Assembly: GCF_963921235.1 (NCBI RefSeq)
Contig: NC_086108.1
Coordinates: forward strand, 71,984,001-72,048,000
Direction of reading: 5' to 3'
Source: Mobula hypostoma
Taxonomy: Eukaryota
DNA length: 64,000 nucleotides
A model generated the notes under the pieces. The model worked only from the letters and a program-made list of their open reading frames with translations, was not told the origin of the DNA and searched no databases. Shown here in pieces: positions 25,656-37,399 of this stretch (within the stretch, counting starts at the first letter, position 1; each line of letters starts with the position of its first letter). The position numbers were made by a program, and so were the translations under genes.

Positions 25656-28239
25656 GAGACTACCGTTAGAAAAATAAAATCCTATTTTGGCTTAAGCCAG
25701 TTATTTAACAGAAATTTATTATGTTTTCCTCATGCGATTTTAAAATTGATGAGAAAGGAAAGAGATAAATTTCAGGAAAGGTAAGTTAAGCTTAGCGACC
25801 TTTTTTTTTAAGAAAGATTGGCTAAAAATTGATTCTCTAGTCAAAAGAGCATTGACAATTATTTTTGGATTATTATATCTACAACTTACTAATCACGCTG
25901 ATGTACCGTGAGCTGTAGATATCATAATTTTTTATGCAGGGGTTCCCTGAGCTTTGAAAATTATTTCAAGGGTTCCACCAGGGCAAACAGGTTGAGAAAG
26001 ACTGACCCTAAACCAACATCTCAATCTGCTGGATATTGTTGGGAGAATTCTGCAAAGTGTGTTATTATAATGAACCTGATAGGTGGGTGAACATACAGGG
26101 AGGTGGTCAGTGAGCTGGTGATGCACTTTCACTCAGGGCATGTCATCTGAGATACAGGAGGGAAACAAGCCTACAGAAATGGTAATGACCACTGGGTCAT
26201 CTCTGTAGCTGAGTCATTTAGACTTTGGATGTGGTTTAGCAGGAAACCAGGTCCCATGAGTGCTGAAGGTAGAAAAGCTGCATGTTATGCAGTCAGAAAA
26301 TGCTGGAGGTCTTATCAACAGTAATCTTTCAAATATACTTACAAATTCCACCCCTCCACTCCTTTCCCATCTAAGTTACTGATATAAATGGGAAATAATT
26401 CAGATCAAAGCACTCATCCTTGTGACTTCTTTTCAGGCAGTCATCTGGGATTGAGGTTTACTTGTGTCCATTCCAGTTTTGTGGGTTCTGAAGTGGCTAA
26501 TGAGAGCCGCCACCTCTTCCACAGAAAGGGGAGGAAGTGGTTGCTGGGGGGGCTTGCTCATTAGCTTGTACAATGATTGGCTCCCTCTGCTACTCGCACA
26601 GAACTCTGATGTTCTCCTGAAGCTTGGACTCTATGCTCCTTTTCAACTTGCAGTGCTCATAGGTCAAACGTTCTGTGGAAAGAGAAATAAAGTTAACGTT
26701 TGGGATTGAGAAGCTTTCATCAGAGCAGGAACATAGTTTCTGCTTTGTATTAACGACCTTTATTAAGTAGTGAGGTCATACTCGATATCTTCTAATCTAT
26801 AAGAACAATTCTGGACTCTGCAGAATTTTGCAAGTTGATAACCAGGACAGCTACTTCTTTAAAATCTCTGGAATACACATCATCTGGTCATTAGGATTGT
26901 TCATCACTTACGGTCACCAAATTTTCTTGTACTTTTCTTTTAACTAATGCCCATTTCATTTATTTCCTGATTCACGATTTACCACTGGTACTTCTGGCAA
27001 GTTTTTAATGTCATTATCTCTGAAGATAGAGACAAAGTGTTACTTAATTTCTCTGACATTTCTTTTCTTCCCTATTATAATTTCTCCGATCTTTATATTA
27101 ACCTCTTTCAGATATTCTATTACTGCTACTTTAGCATTTCTTTTTCTTCTACTTCAGACTGGACTATCATCCTTGTACTATTCTGTTTTTTGCACTCATC
27201 ACTGAATTGTTGTTACCATGTATACTGTTTACTCTGAGTCCCATTCAAAAAAACTCTATTACATTCTATTTGTATATGATAACAAGCTCATCTGAATCCG
27301 AAGTGATTCACATTTGCTTCTGCCAATTTTTTCTTCATTTACCAGTAGAAGGTCCTATATTTCTTTCTCATATTTCACTCTCACAATCTACCTAGCTTTT
27401 CATTATCGATTAACTCTCTGAATACCATGGGGGGAATTGTTGGGGGCTTGAGGGAGTTAGAGGAGGGTTTGCTGACCCTATTGTTCTACAGTCTGGCTCA
27501 ACCTGCCAGTTGATACCACAGGTCTGCTCTTGCGAACACTCAGCTAGGTTGCAAAGCCATTCCAATCAATAGGTTTGACCTTACTTACAGTAAAGTACAT
27601 CATAAACCCATGATGATCAATGCTTCTGGGTTTACCTTTCATGAACAGGATTGTAAACCCATGCCAATCAATAGGTCAGGGTTTTATTGCAATGAGAATT
27701 GCCAATGTTTGCATTTTATTAACTATTTATGAATTTGCACTGTTGTTTTAATATGCACAAATCAATGATTCAGCAAGGAGAGAAAGGGATAAATGTTTTA
27801 TCTCTCTGCACTCAAGCAGCACTGAAGAACAAATAAATCATTGACATAATTGTAAACATTTTCAGTGCTGACATCCCAAATCTGTTCCAATTACACATGG
27901 GATGGATTGTAAATCCAAAGTGATTGAAGGACTTTTGGAGATTGCAGTGATAGGTTTCAAATCCCTGAAAGTGAAAGCAGTTAGTTTTGCTCTTTCAGTT
28001 AGATGCTATTTACAAACCGCCTAAAATCTAGTACTGTAAATGTTCTGCTCCCAAACTCCTTGCGTAGCACATAAATTCAGAAGATAATATACCAAAGCAA
28101 AGTTAAGGAGATGATGGAAAGCTAAATGAATAGAAAGTGCTGGAAATGCTCAGTCAGTTGGCAGTATCTATCATGGCTGGGACGGGGTTGAGCTCTCAGA
28201 CTGGTGACCTGGTAACTGGAGATGTAAACAAAAAAGGTT

Positions 28240-28950
28240 CTGGAGGTGCTGGAAATTTTGAACAACACACATAAAACACTGGAGAAACACATCAAGTCTG
28301 GCAGCTTCTTTGTCGTCTTGGTCCAGCCTCCTCAACATTGGTGAGACATGACACAGATTGGGGGACCACTTCATTGAGTACCTTTACTCTATCAACCACA
28401 AAAGGTGGGATTTTCTGCTGGCCACCCATTTCAATTCAACGTCCCAATTGCATTCTGACATTTCGGTCCCTGACTATCTCTGCTGCCATGATGAGGCCAC
28501 ACTCAGATTTGAGGAGAAACACCTCATATTCCATTTGGGTAACCTCCAATCTAATGCCACAAATGTTGATTTCTCTAACTTCTAGTAATTCATTCCCCTT
28601 CCATTTTTGTCTTTTTTGTATTCCCTATTATGGTTCTCCTCTCACCCGTTCTTGTCTCACCTGGCCATCACCTCCCTCTGGTGCCCCTCCTCCTTCCCTT
28701 TCAAAATAGTCTCCTTTCCTATCAGGGTCCTTCTTCTTCAGCCCTTTATGTCTTCTACCTATCACCTCTCAGCTTCTTACTTTATCCACCCCCTCACTCC
28801 ACTCTGGCTTCACGTATCACTTGACAGCTTGTACTCCTTCCCCTCCCCCCACCTTCTTATTCTGGCTTCTGCCTCCTTCCTTTCCAGTACGGATGAAGGG
28901 TCTTGGCCCAAAACATCAACTGATCATTCCCCAACTCCACCACAGATGGT
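28240..28950 (+). mobile_element. Degraded PLE 3' part with a short inverted terminal piece
   Basis: IGET..RLGDHF.E..ATHFNSTS..HSD..EEKHLIFHLGNLQ..N.DFSNF, followed by a decayed hammerhead region at about 28885-28920. Confidence 0.8.
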
Positions 28951-29491
28951 GCATGACTGGAAATCTGACAGAATGGCAGCAGGAAACACAGCAGTACAGT
29001 TAAGGGAAGGGCTGTTCTATTATTGTATACTGGTATCTGAAATCAGAAAACATCAAGGAACATTGAACGTCCCTGTGCCGAAGTGTCCTGTGGGGGGCAC
29101 GGCTTATTTTGTTGGTCAAAAGCCACTTCTGTTGTGTCGATTGTGATTGCTCAGTTTCAGAACCGCGTCAGCTCTTCCCACTGGTTGGCTGGCCTGCCAC
29201 AGCACCTCGTGTCCAGTTTTAAACACCTCGGGGGTATAAAGGATAGCACATGTGAAAGATTCTTTCACTTTCCCATTGTCCCCAGAACTGCTGGGAAGGT
29301 ATGCTCCACGTGCACTTTTAACTAAGTATCTGTTTGTTGAATATTTAGTTCTGTAGTTTGTGTAACTTGGGGGAACTTAAATGTTTGGTTTAATTTTTAC
29401 TGTTTGTAAATAAATGATTAATATACTTATTCATACTTGGTGTTTTCTGTCTCACTCACCAAACCGGTGAAACTGCTTCAACGATATATTT

Positions 29492-29509
29492 TGGCGCTGC
29501 AAGCAGTGT
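29492..29509 (+). promoter_or_regulatory. Primer binding site, tRNA-Ser-like
   Basis: TGGCGCTGCAAGCAG matches 13 of 15 bases of TGGCGCTGTGAGCAG, the complement of the vertebrate tRNA-Ser(CGA) 3' end as recalled from memory. It starts 3 nt after the LTR. Confidence 0.6.
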
Positions 29510-29589
29510 TCGTTGTTTGAGCAGAAACTGCTTTTCTTTAAAAGGTTATTTAAAACTGAAGACCATACCCCCCCCCCCGCCATATGAGA

Positions 29590-31310
29590 GATGCTGAGTC
29601 CTGGGGTGGAGTGATAACAGTGAGGGCTTTGAGAGTCTTTCTAACCTGCAGCTAATGCATACGGAATGAAATTGGACGCCACATTGTGTCCATACTTAAA
29701 ACATTGGGTTTGCCCAGGAGAAAGGATAGCTGGAGAGATGCTTTCCTGCTGTTTGCAGCGATTGTAAGACACCAGCATAAGATGATTGTGAATCTTAAGA
29801 ATGAGGTGGAGGACTTAAATCACTGCTGCATCATTATGAGATGGCCCAGATAGAGGCGGCAAAGTTAGAAGATAAGAATATAGAGATAGCTTGTCAGATA
29901 ATGAAGGTACAGCAATTAGAGGCTGCCCAGTGAGCCAATTGACAGCCCGATCCTGTTAAAGTTGGAACTTTCATGTGGCAGGGCAGTGATCCTGCTGTGT
30001 TGTTGGGGATGGGGATATTTGGTTGGATGATAAAAAAAGAGGGAGAGAGGGTAGCGTGGACTCTTCAGTTTATTCTTCGAAATGATTGGCCTCTCCCCTG
30101 CATACCTGCCAGGCCAGTTATCACATGCTCCCACTCCCACCGTGAGGACATTTGCCTGTGGCTTCTTAGGTAAAGAGCAAATGTCAGGATGAGTTTTCTA
30201 CATAGAGAGTGGTGAGTGCATGGAATGGGCTGCCAGCAGCTGTGGTGGAGGCAGATACGATAGGGTCTTTTCAGAGACTCCTGGACAGGTACATGGAACC
30301 TAGAAAAATAGAGGGCTATAGGTAAACCTAGGTAATTTTTAAGGTAAGGACATGTTTGGCACAGCTTTGTGGGCCGAAGGGCCTGTATTGTGCTATAGGT
30401 TTTACATGTTTCTATGTTTTCCCAGGAGGGGGAGGAGGGTCACGAACATGGGGGCAATAGTACAATGGGCCCCTTCAAAACAACAGAGATCAAGGAGTCC
30501 TCTGCTAATGAATTAGTGAGATTAGGGGATAAGTATAGACAGAAGCCTGGAAAGTCTCTGGCCGTGTGGTTGTTAAGGATATGGGATGAGGGAGTTACTG
30601 GAAGTGATCCTATCTAATAGAGGGACAAGTGTTTTAGGGAGCCTTTCATCCCAAAATGTGATCAATAACACCCTGAGAACACTGCTTGCTTCCCCTGAGC
30701 ATAATGCATCACTAAGGGATTGAGTAGTAGCAGCAATTAGATTCAGGTGTCCTTCTATCTCTGAGAAGATTTGAAAACCCCAAGCAGAATGGAACACAGT
30801 ATAGTGAGGCACAACAACGTCCCCCCCGCCCACTTCGCCTGGGGGCTCTTATTACAGAATTATACAGCATTATGGTAGCCCACCAGAGGATGTTGAGCTA
30901 ACATCTGGCCTTATAGGACATGTGGTTATAGCAGCAGCTTCCCATTTAAAAGGAATAGTGCTGTCTTTAATAGCACCAGCTGTTGGTTGGCCAATAAGTA
31001 CAGTGATTCAACTATGACAAGGTCAGGAGTATGTAGAAGAGGGTATAGAAGTTGGATGAGCAGATGGGGTGTGGGAGATCCTGCGTGTTCCGTAAGGGAG
31101 GGTTTTGGTGTTGCTTAAAGCTGGGGTCATGGAGGAACAGGTAGATGGGATTCCCACCCTCACCCTCAATGCAAAGTGGAAGGAGTACTGCCAGGGGAAG
31201 CGAGAAAAGGGGGAAGGGTCATTCAGGGAGAAAGGTCATTCTTCAAGCCCTCTCATAATAAGGACTCCTGTTGTCCTCTGCTGGCAGACCTTCAGCACTG
31301 GGAATTGGGG
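29590..31310 (+). pseudogene. gag: Degraded ERV-L/S-like gag
   Basis: ELVRLGDKYRQKPGKSLAVWLLRIWDEG (30509-30592) and VLLKAGVMEEQVDGIPTLTL (about 31108-31167) resemble the ERV-L/MaLR/Fv1-type gag blocks YRQxPGE..WxLRxWD.G and LxxxGV....IDxxPT. It carries multiple stops, and its start is approximate. Confidence 0.75.
30180..30420 (+). mobile_element. CR1 3' tail inserted in the ERV gag
   Basis: AGAGAGTGGTGAGTGCATGGAATGGGCTGCCAG...GGGCCGAAGGGCCTGT followed by a TTTCTATG tail. Confidence 0.85.
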
Positions 31311-31399
31311 GTCATTCAACTTGCATCCCTCTTTCCTGCAAATAGAGAAGGATTTGAATGTGGAGAAATATTTGAGGTTGGTCACATCAATCAATTTTC

Positions 31400-31897
31400 T
31401 TGAGAGAGATAGAGAGAGAGAGAGTGTGTGTGTGTGTGTGGATTTTGCCTTTAAGAGGGATGTGAATGCAGAACAGTGTATGTTGGCCAGATGGGATGCA
31501 TGGTGGAGCACAGGAGGTGTATCTGTTTGGGTTACCCGGAGAATTTGGTGGCAGCAGAACACTGCATTCGCAATGGCCATAGGATTGACTTCGGTGGCAC
31601 AAAACTACAGTGGCAAGCCAATGGCTTATGGGACCACCTGGTAAAGGAAACCACTGGAATGAAGATGAATGTCTTGCTCTAAGTAAGAACTGGAATTCGA
31701 TTATAAACAAGGTGAGAGAGTAGAAACCTGATTGGATGAGGACTGACCAATAAACACAGATGGACAATGGGGTATAAATACCACCGGACTAGAAATGCTC
31801 AGGCATCATCCCTGATGAAGATGGCAGAGTACGCCATCGAAACGTTGGTTATAATCGATACCTGTACCCCGCTAGAAGCCCAAGAAAAGTTTATTCA
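31400..31897 (+). mobile_element. PLE 3' fragment of a different family, with a hammerhead ribozyme
   Basis: GIY-YIG C-terminal remnant YVGQ(M)G..EHRRCI..AEHCIRNGHRIDF, and a hammerhead core at 31812-31846. Confidence 0.75.
31809..31850 (+). ncRNA. Minimal type I hammerhead ribozyme motif
   Basis: CTGATGA-A-GATGGC agagtac GCCATC-GAAA-CGTT. Stem II has 6 bp and stem III is the palindromic ACGT. Confidence 0.65.
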
Positions 31898-32199
31898 GTT
31901 TTAGGGATATGGTAGATGTGGTAGAAATTTGGGAAACTTTATTCTGAAGATGAGATGCCCACATTTGAGATGGATATATGCATTTGGGGATTTGGGGGAA
32001 ATTCTAGTCATTCTTTTTGATTTTTTGAGATACTTGGTGACTAATCAGGAACAAGCGTGTTTGTATCTTCCTGCGTTACAGAATGGCAAAACAGTGGATG
32101 CAGACTTGTGGTGGGAAATCCTGCGATACATTCCTGAGGATGGCTTTTGAATTTGCACACTGGAGTATCAGGTCAGAATGATGTAAATGTATGAGAACT

Positions 32200-33390
32200 C
32201 TTTACTACATCGTGGATGGGATGCAACTAATAGCAATCCCTTCTGAGGACAAGGAAAAAGATTGCTGGGGAAAATGATCTGGCTTCTTGGGTTTGGCATT
32301 CAGTCTTGGGGAAACTGGGAGGGAGTAGTCTATTCCAGCCAACGTTGACCCGGAGTTTGGTATCAGCCCTGAGCCTTCATATCCTTGGCAGAGTAAGTGT
32401 TTTAAGGTTGGGTACTCCCCTACGTAGCATTCGTTTAACTGGAAGGTCCCAACACTTAAAGTGATTTCCCCACCTGACAGAGCGTTGGTAAGCACAGGTA
32501 CGAGGTGGATGGTAATTGTAAGCAGGAACAGTATGCTGGTGCGGCTGTGTCTTTGTCAAATGGTGTTGAGAAGGTGGGTCCTTGCTGGACACTGGCACTT
32601 ACTGGGTATGTAGTTCCTCAGCTTACCCGTGGCTCCCCGTAGGGTGTTGCAGCTGATATGTGATGCCAGACATGTAGAATCCCAGTGCTCTGGATGAGTA
32701 CCTTGCCAATGCCGGTTGGCTACTACAGAGGAAGGAAGGTTTTGAATGCTACCTTTTCCCTGTATGATACTGCCAGACTGTCTCAGGAACATCAAAATAC
32801 TTACGCTTGTCTCCTCTATCATTGTGGAAGGAGTGATATCTTTCGCTCTCTTTTTTGTGTGTGTGAGTGTGTGTGAGAGAGAGAGAGAGAGAGAACGTGC
32901 GCTGCGGGATGTCTTGATGCTGCTTTCTGCTGCACGTGTGTGGGAGGGCAGCAGGAGGCTTTGGGGCTCTTACGGTCTTTCTGTCATTCATTCTTTGGGA
33001 TTTTTCTTCTGTTTTGAGGATGTCTGCGGAGAGTAAGAATTTCAGGTTGGATATTGTGTACATTCTCTGATATTAAATGGAGGTATTGAACTGATATCGA
33101 TGGCTTAGATTACCTGCTCACAAAAGAAAGGTGGCAGATGTTATTAGTCAGGAATGCTGCACCTACATTCCTGATGAGTCAGGAAACATCACTCACCTCG
33201 CTGATCACATCTGAGAGTCAATGTATAGAATTAAGTGTGAGACCATCTCAATGGCTATTACACTCCGGGGGATGTATGGTGGTTTTTTGGGGCACAGGAA
33301 GGTTGCTGGACTACTGTAGTACACTGGGGGGTGGAATGACTATTGGGTTTACAGCACTGGGTATTGTACTTGTGTTTTATACGTAGATTA
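32200..33390 (+). pseudogene. env: Degraded gamma-type env (SU C-terminus and TM)
   Basis: GTYWVCSSSAYPWLPVG (32594-32644). ISD-like GLDYLLTKE/GGRC then ECCTYIPDESGNIT (about 33099-33195, CX6CC-type, frameshifted). A hydrophobic anchor follows at about 33330-33385. Confidence 0.8.
32824..33090 (+). mobile_element. Non-autonomous retroelement 3' fragment inserted in env
   Basis: Ends AAGAATTTCAGGTTG..TACATTCTCTGATATTAAATG..TTGAA, the same tail as the reverse copy at 63795-64000. Confidence 0.65.
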
Positions 33391-33974
33391 GTGGCAATTT
33401 CACAAGAGTCATACTAGTCTGAAGGTTGGATTGTCACGGTGTTGTGACTTTTGAGGGGTGGATGGTCCTGTGGGGGCGTGGCTTACTTTGCTGATCAAAA
33501 GCCACTTCCATTGCGTCCATTGTGATTGCTCAGTTTCAGAACTGCATCAGCTCTGCCCACTGGTTGGCTTGCGTGCCACAGCACCTCATGTCCAGTTTCA
33601 AACACCTCGGGGGTATAAAGAACAGCACATGTGAAAGGTACTGTCTCTTTCCCTTTGTCCCCAGAACCGTTGGGAAGGTATACACCACACGCACTTTTGA
33701 CTAAGTATCTGTTTGTTGGCTATTTCGTTCTGTAGTTTGTGTAACTTGGGGGAACGTAAGTGATTTGCTGATTTTTTAAAAAAAACTTTTTGTAAATAAA
33801 TAATTAATGTACTTATTCGCAGTCAGTGTTTTCTGTTTCACTCACCAAACCAGTGAACCGGCTTCAAAGTTATAAGTAGATGGCATCAGGTTAGCGATGA
33901 GGATAGATTAAATGAGCTTTTTTGTTTGGAATGAAGGAGGATGAGAGATGTGCAAGATAAGAGGCAGAATTTTA

Positions 33975-35599
33975 GCCAGGAAATGGTGTTGGATAGGCTG
34001 TTGGGTCTGAAGGCTGATAAGTCCCCAGGACCTGATGGGTTGCATCCCAGGGTACTTAAGGAGGTGGCTTTAGAAATCGTGGACGCATTGGTAATCATTT
34101 TCCAATGTTCTATAGATTCAGGATCAGTTCCTATAGATTGGAGGGTGGCTAATGTTGTCCCTCTCTTCAAGAAGGGAGGAAGAGAGAAAACAGGGAATTA
34201 TAGACCTGTTAGCCTGACGCCGGTGGTGGGAAAGATGCTGGAGTCAATTATAAAAGATGAAATTACGACACATCTGGATGGCAGTAACAGGATCGGTCCG
34301 AGTCAGCATGGATTTACGAAGGGGAAATCGTGCTTGACTAATCTTCTGGAATTTTTTGAGGATGTAACTATGAAAATGGACAAGGGAGAGCCAGTGGATG
34401 TAGTGTACTTGGACTTTCAGAAAGCCTTTGATAAAGTCCCACATAGGAGATTAGTGGGCAAAACTAGGGCACATGGTATTGGGGGCAGAGTACTGACATG
34501 GATTGAAAATTGGCTGGCTGACAGAAAACAAAGAGTAGCGATTAACGGTCCCTTTCGGAATAGCAGGCGGTGACCAGTGGGGTACCATAGGGTTCAGTGC
34601 TGGGACCGCAGCTGTTTACAATATATATTAATGATTTAGATGAGAGAATTAAAAGTAACATTAGCAAATTTGCCGATGACACAAAGCTGGGTGGTAGTAT
34701 GAAATGTGAGGAGGATGTTATGAGAATGCAGGGTGACTTGGACAGGCTGGGTGAGTGGGCAGATGCATGGCAGATGCAGTTTAATGTGGATAAATGTGAG
34801 GTTATCCACTTTGGTGGTAAGAACAGGAAGGCAGATTATTATCTAAATGGAGTCAAGTTAGGAAAAGGGGAAGTACAACGAGATCTAGGTGTTCTTGTAC
34901 ATCAGTCACTGAAAGCAAGCATGCAGGTACAGCAGGCAGTGAAGAAAACTAATGACATGCAGGCCTTCATAACAAGGGCAATTGAGTATAAGAGCAAAGA
35001 GGTCCTTCTGCAGCTGTACAGGGGCCTGGTGAGACCACACCTGGAGTACTGTGTGCAGTTTTTGTCTCCAAATTTGAGGAAGGACACTCTTGCTATTGAG
35101 GGAGTGCAGTGTAGGTTCACAAGGTTAATTCCCGGGATGGCGGGACTGTCATATGTCAAAAGATTGGAGCGACTGGGCTTGTATACTCTGGAATTTAGAA
35201 GGCTGAGAGGGGATCTTATTGAAACATATAAGATTATTAAGGGATTGGACACGCTGGAGGCAGGAAGCATGTTCCCGCTGATGGGTGAGTCCAGAACCAG
35301 AGGCCACAGTTTAAGAATAAAGGGTAGGCCATTTAGAACGGAGTTGAGGAAAAACTTTTTCACCCAGAGAGTGGTGGATATATGGAATGCTCTGCCCCGG
35401 AAGGCTGTGGAGGCCAAGTCTCTGGATACTTTCAGGAAAGAGATGGATAGAGTTCTTAAAGATGGCAGAATCAAAGGTTATGGGGATAAGGCAGAAACTG
35501 GATACTGATTGTGGATGATCAGCCATGATCACAGTGAATGGCGGTGCTGGCTCGAAGGGCCGCATGGCCTACTCCTGCACCTATTGTCTATTGTCTATT
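33975..35599 (+). mobile_element. Young 5'-truncated CR1 LINE (RT domain) inserted in an older CR1 (about 33880-35925)
   Basis: KSPGPDGLHPRVLKE, NYRPVSL, YLDFQKAFDKVPH and SKFADDTKLGG. One frameshift plus stops near 34550-34590, and a (CTATTGT)n tail. Confidence 0.97.
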
Positions 35600-36289
35600 T
35601 GTGAGGATAGCCAGAGACCTTTTCCCTTGGTGGAAATGGATAATACCTGGGGCTTAATTTTAGGGTGATTGGAGGAAAGTATGGGGGAGTGTGTCAGAGG
35701 TAAGTTATCTTACACAGAGATTGGTGAGTGGAATGCCCTGCTGGGATTAGGCAGATACAATAGGAGCATGTAAGAAACTCTTACATGGGCACATAGATGA
35801 TAGAAAAATGGATGGCTATGTCAGAAGGAAGGGTTAGATTGATCTTAGAGCAGGTTAAAAGTTTGGTACAACATCGTGGGCCAAAGGGCCTCCACTGATT
35901 TGTCGTGTTCTCTGTTCCACATTCTATGACTTAGACTGTGGTCATAACAGACACTCTTAAAATGGTAGTTTCAGACCAATGTCACACTCCATCACTGCAT
36001 AATACTTTGAAATAGTGAAAGGCTATGAGAAGAATGGTCTCTCCATACCTGTAGAAGTCTTTATAACAACTGATCAGGTGTGATAATACTGCATGGAGCT
36101 TCAGGTACTTCTCTCGCCTATATGACGAGGGGAAGCCACCAAATTGGATACAGAAATTATTATTGGAGCCAGTGCCATCTGCAACAATGGTTAAAACATA
36201 AAGCATCAACTTAGAGATAAAATGTTAGCAAAAAAAACTGAAAGCTCGCTTTACTTATGATGATGGCTATGCAGGAGTACAGGGTCAGA

Positions 36290-36960
36290 ATGCCGGCAGT
36301 GCATTCCACGCACCCACCACTCCCTGTGTGGACAAACTTACCCTTGACATCCCCTCTGTACCTACTTCCAAGCACCTTAGAACTATGCCCCCTCGTGTTA
36401 GCCATTTCAGCTCTAAGAAAAAACCTCTGGCTATCCACACAATCAGTGCCTCTCATCATCTTGTACACATCTCTCAAGTCACCTCTCATCTTCCGTCGCT
36501 CCAAGGAGTAAAGGCCAAGTTCACTCAACCTATTCCCATAAAGCACACTCTCCAATCCAGGCAACATCCTTGTAAATCTCCTCTGCACTCTCTCTATAGT
36601 ATCCACATCCTTCCTGTAGTGAAGTGACCAGAACCGAACACAGTACTCCAAGTGGGGTCTAACTAAGGTCTTATATAGTTGTAACATTACCCCATGGATC
36701 TTGAACTCAATCCCACAGTTGAGGAAGGCCATCATACCATACACCTGCGGAACACAATTGGTCACCGATCTCCATGCAGAATACGAACCATCTACAACCA
36801 CCCTTTGCCTTCTGTGGGCAATCCAATTCTGGATCCACAAAGCAAGTTCTCCTTGGATCCCATACCTCCTTACTTTCTGAATAAGCCTAGCATGGGGAAC
36901 CTTATCATGTGCCTTACTGAAATCCATATACACTACATCCACTGCTCTACCTTCATCAAA
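36290..36960 (-). mobile_element. CR1 LINE fragment with an internal deletion
   Basis: In ORF 36211..36942, YMDFSKA.DKVPH..RQRVVVDG..VPQ is joined directly to LYKTLVRPHLEYC, so the FADD region is missing. Confidence 0.9.
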
Positions 36961-36989
36961 TGGTGGAAAAGACGAGTTAGTGTTTATGG

Positions 36990-37290
36990 GTTTGTGGACT
37001 GTTCAGAAATCTGATGGTGTCAGGGAAGAAGCTGTTCCAAAACTCCTGAGTGTCAGTCTATAGACTCCTGCTCCTGTACCTTCTTTCAGATAGCTGGAAC
37101 GCAAAGAGGGCATATCTCAGGTGGTGAGGGTCTTTAATGATGGATGCTGCCTCCTTGCGTGGGAAGGCTTGTGCCCATGAAGGAGCTAGTTAAGTCTACA
37201 ATCCTTTGTAGCCTCTTGTGATCCTGTGCACAAGCGGTTTCATACCAGGCTGTGGTGCAACCAATCAGAATATTCTCCACTGTACATCTA
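36990..37290 (-). mobile_element. Degraded Rex-type LINE fragment
   Basis: GGGAAGAAGCTGTTCC and GGGTCTTTAATGATGGATGCTGCC are homologous to the copy at 21230-21710. Confidence 0.65.
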
Positions 37291-37399
37291 TTGTATAACA
37301 ATTTCAGGCAAAGCCATTTGGGCTAGTTCTGTGTAAAGAAATAAATACAGCTAAATACTTTGTTAATGACACTTTTCTGTGGAAAAGTGTGGTAAGCAA

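Larger units (their letters stand above)
23179..26004 (+). mobile_element. Degraded hAT (Charlie/Buster, ZBED5/SCAND3-like) DNA transposon
   Basis: Transposase remnants LSNSMISQHIDDMS..FSIQVDEST..GICTDGAPSMVG and KAMNILLQFSTSYMCEQAF. Imperfect TIRs CAGGGTTTATCAAC / GTTGAGAAAGACTG. The TSD is not recognisable. Confidence 0.85.
29084..33874 (+). mobile_element. Endogenous retrovirus, class III (ERV-S/ERV-L-like), with gag and env but no RT or integrase
   Basis: Two approximately 410-bp LTRs (29084-29488 and 33464-33874) with TATAAA and AATAAA-like signals. PBS TGGCGCTGCAAGCAG at 29492 and PPT GAGGGGTGGA at 33453. gag and env motifs are listed in the features below. Confidence 0.85.

Noticed and set aside
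29079..29083. TSD of the ERV (CGAAG versus AGTAG)
   Set aside because: Only 3 of 5 bases match and the LTR termini are decayed, so no TSD is claimed.
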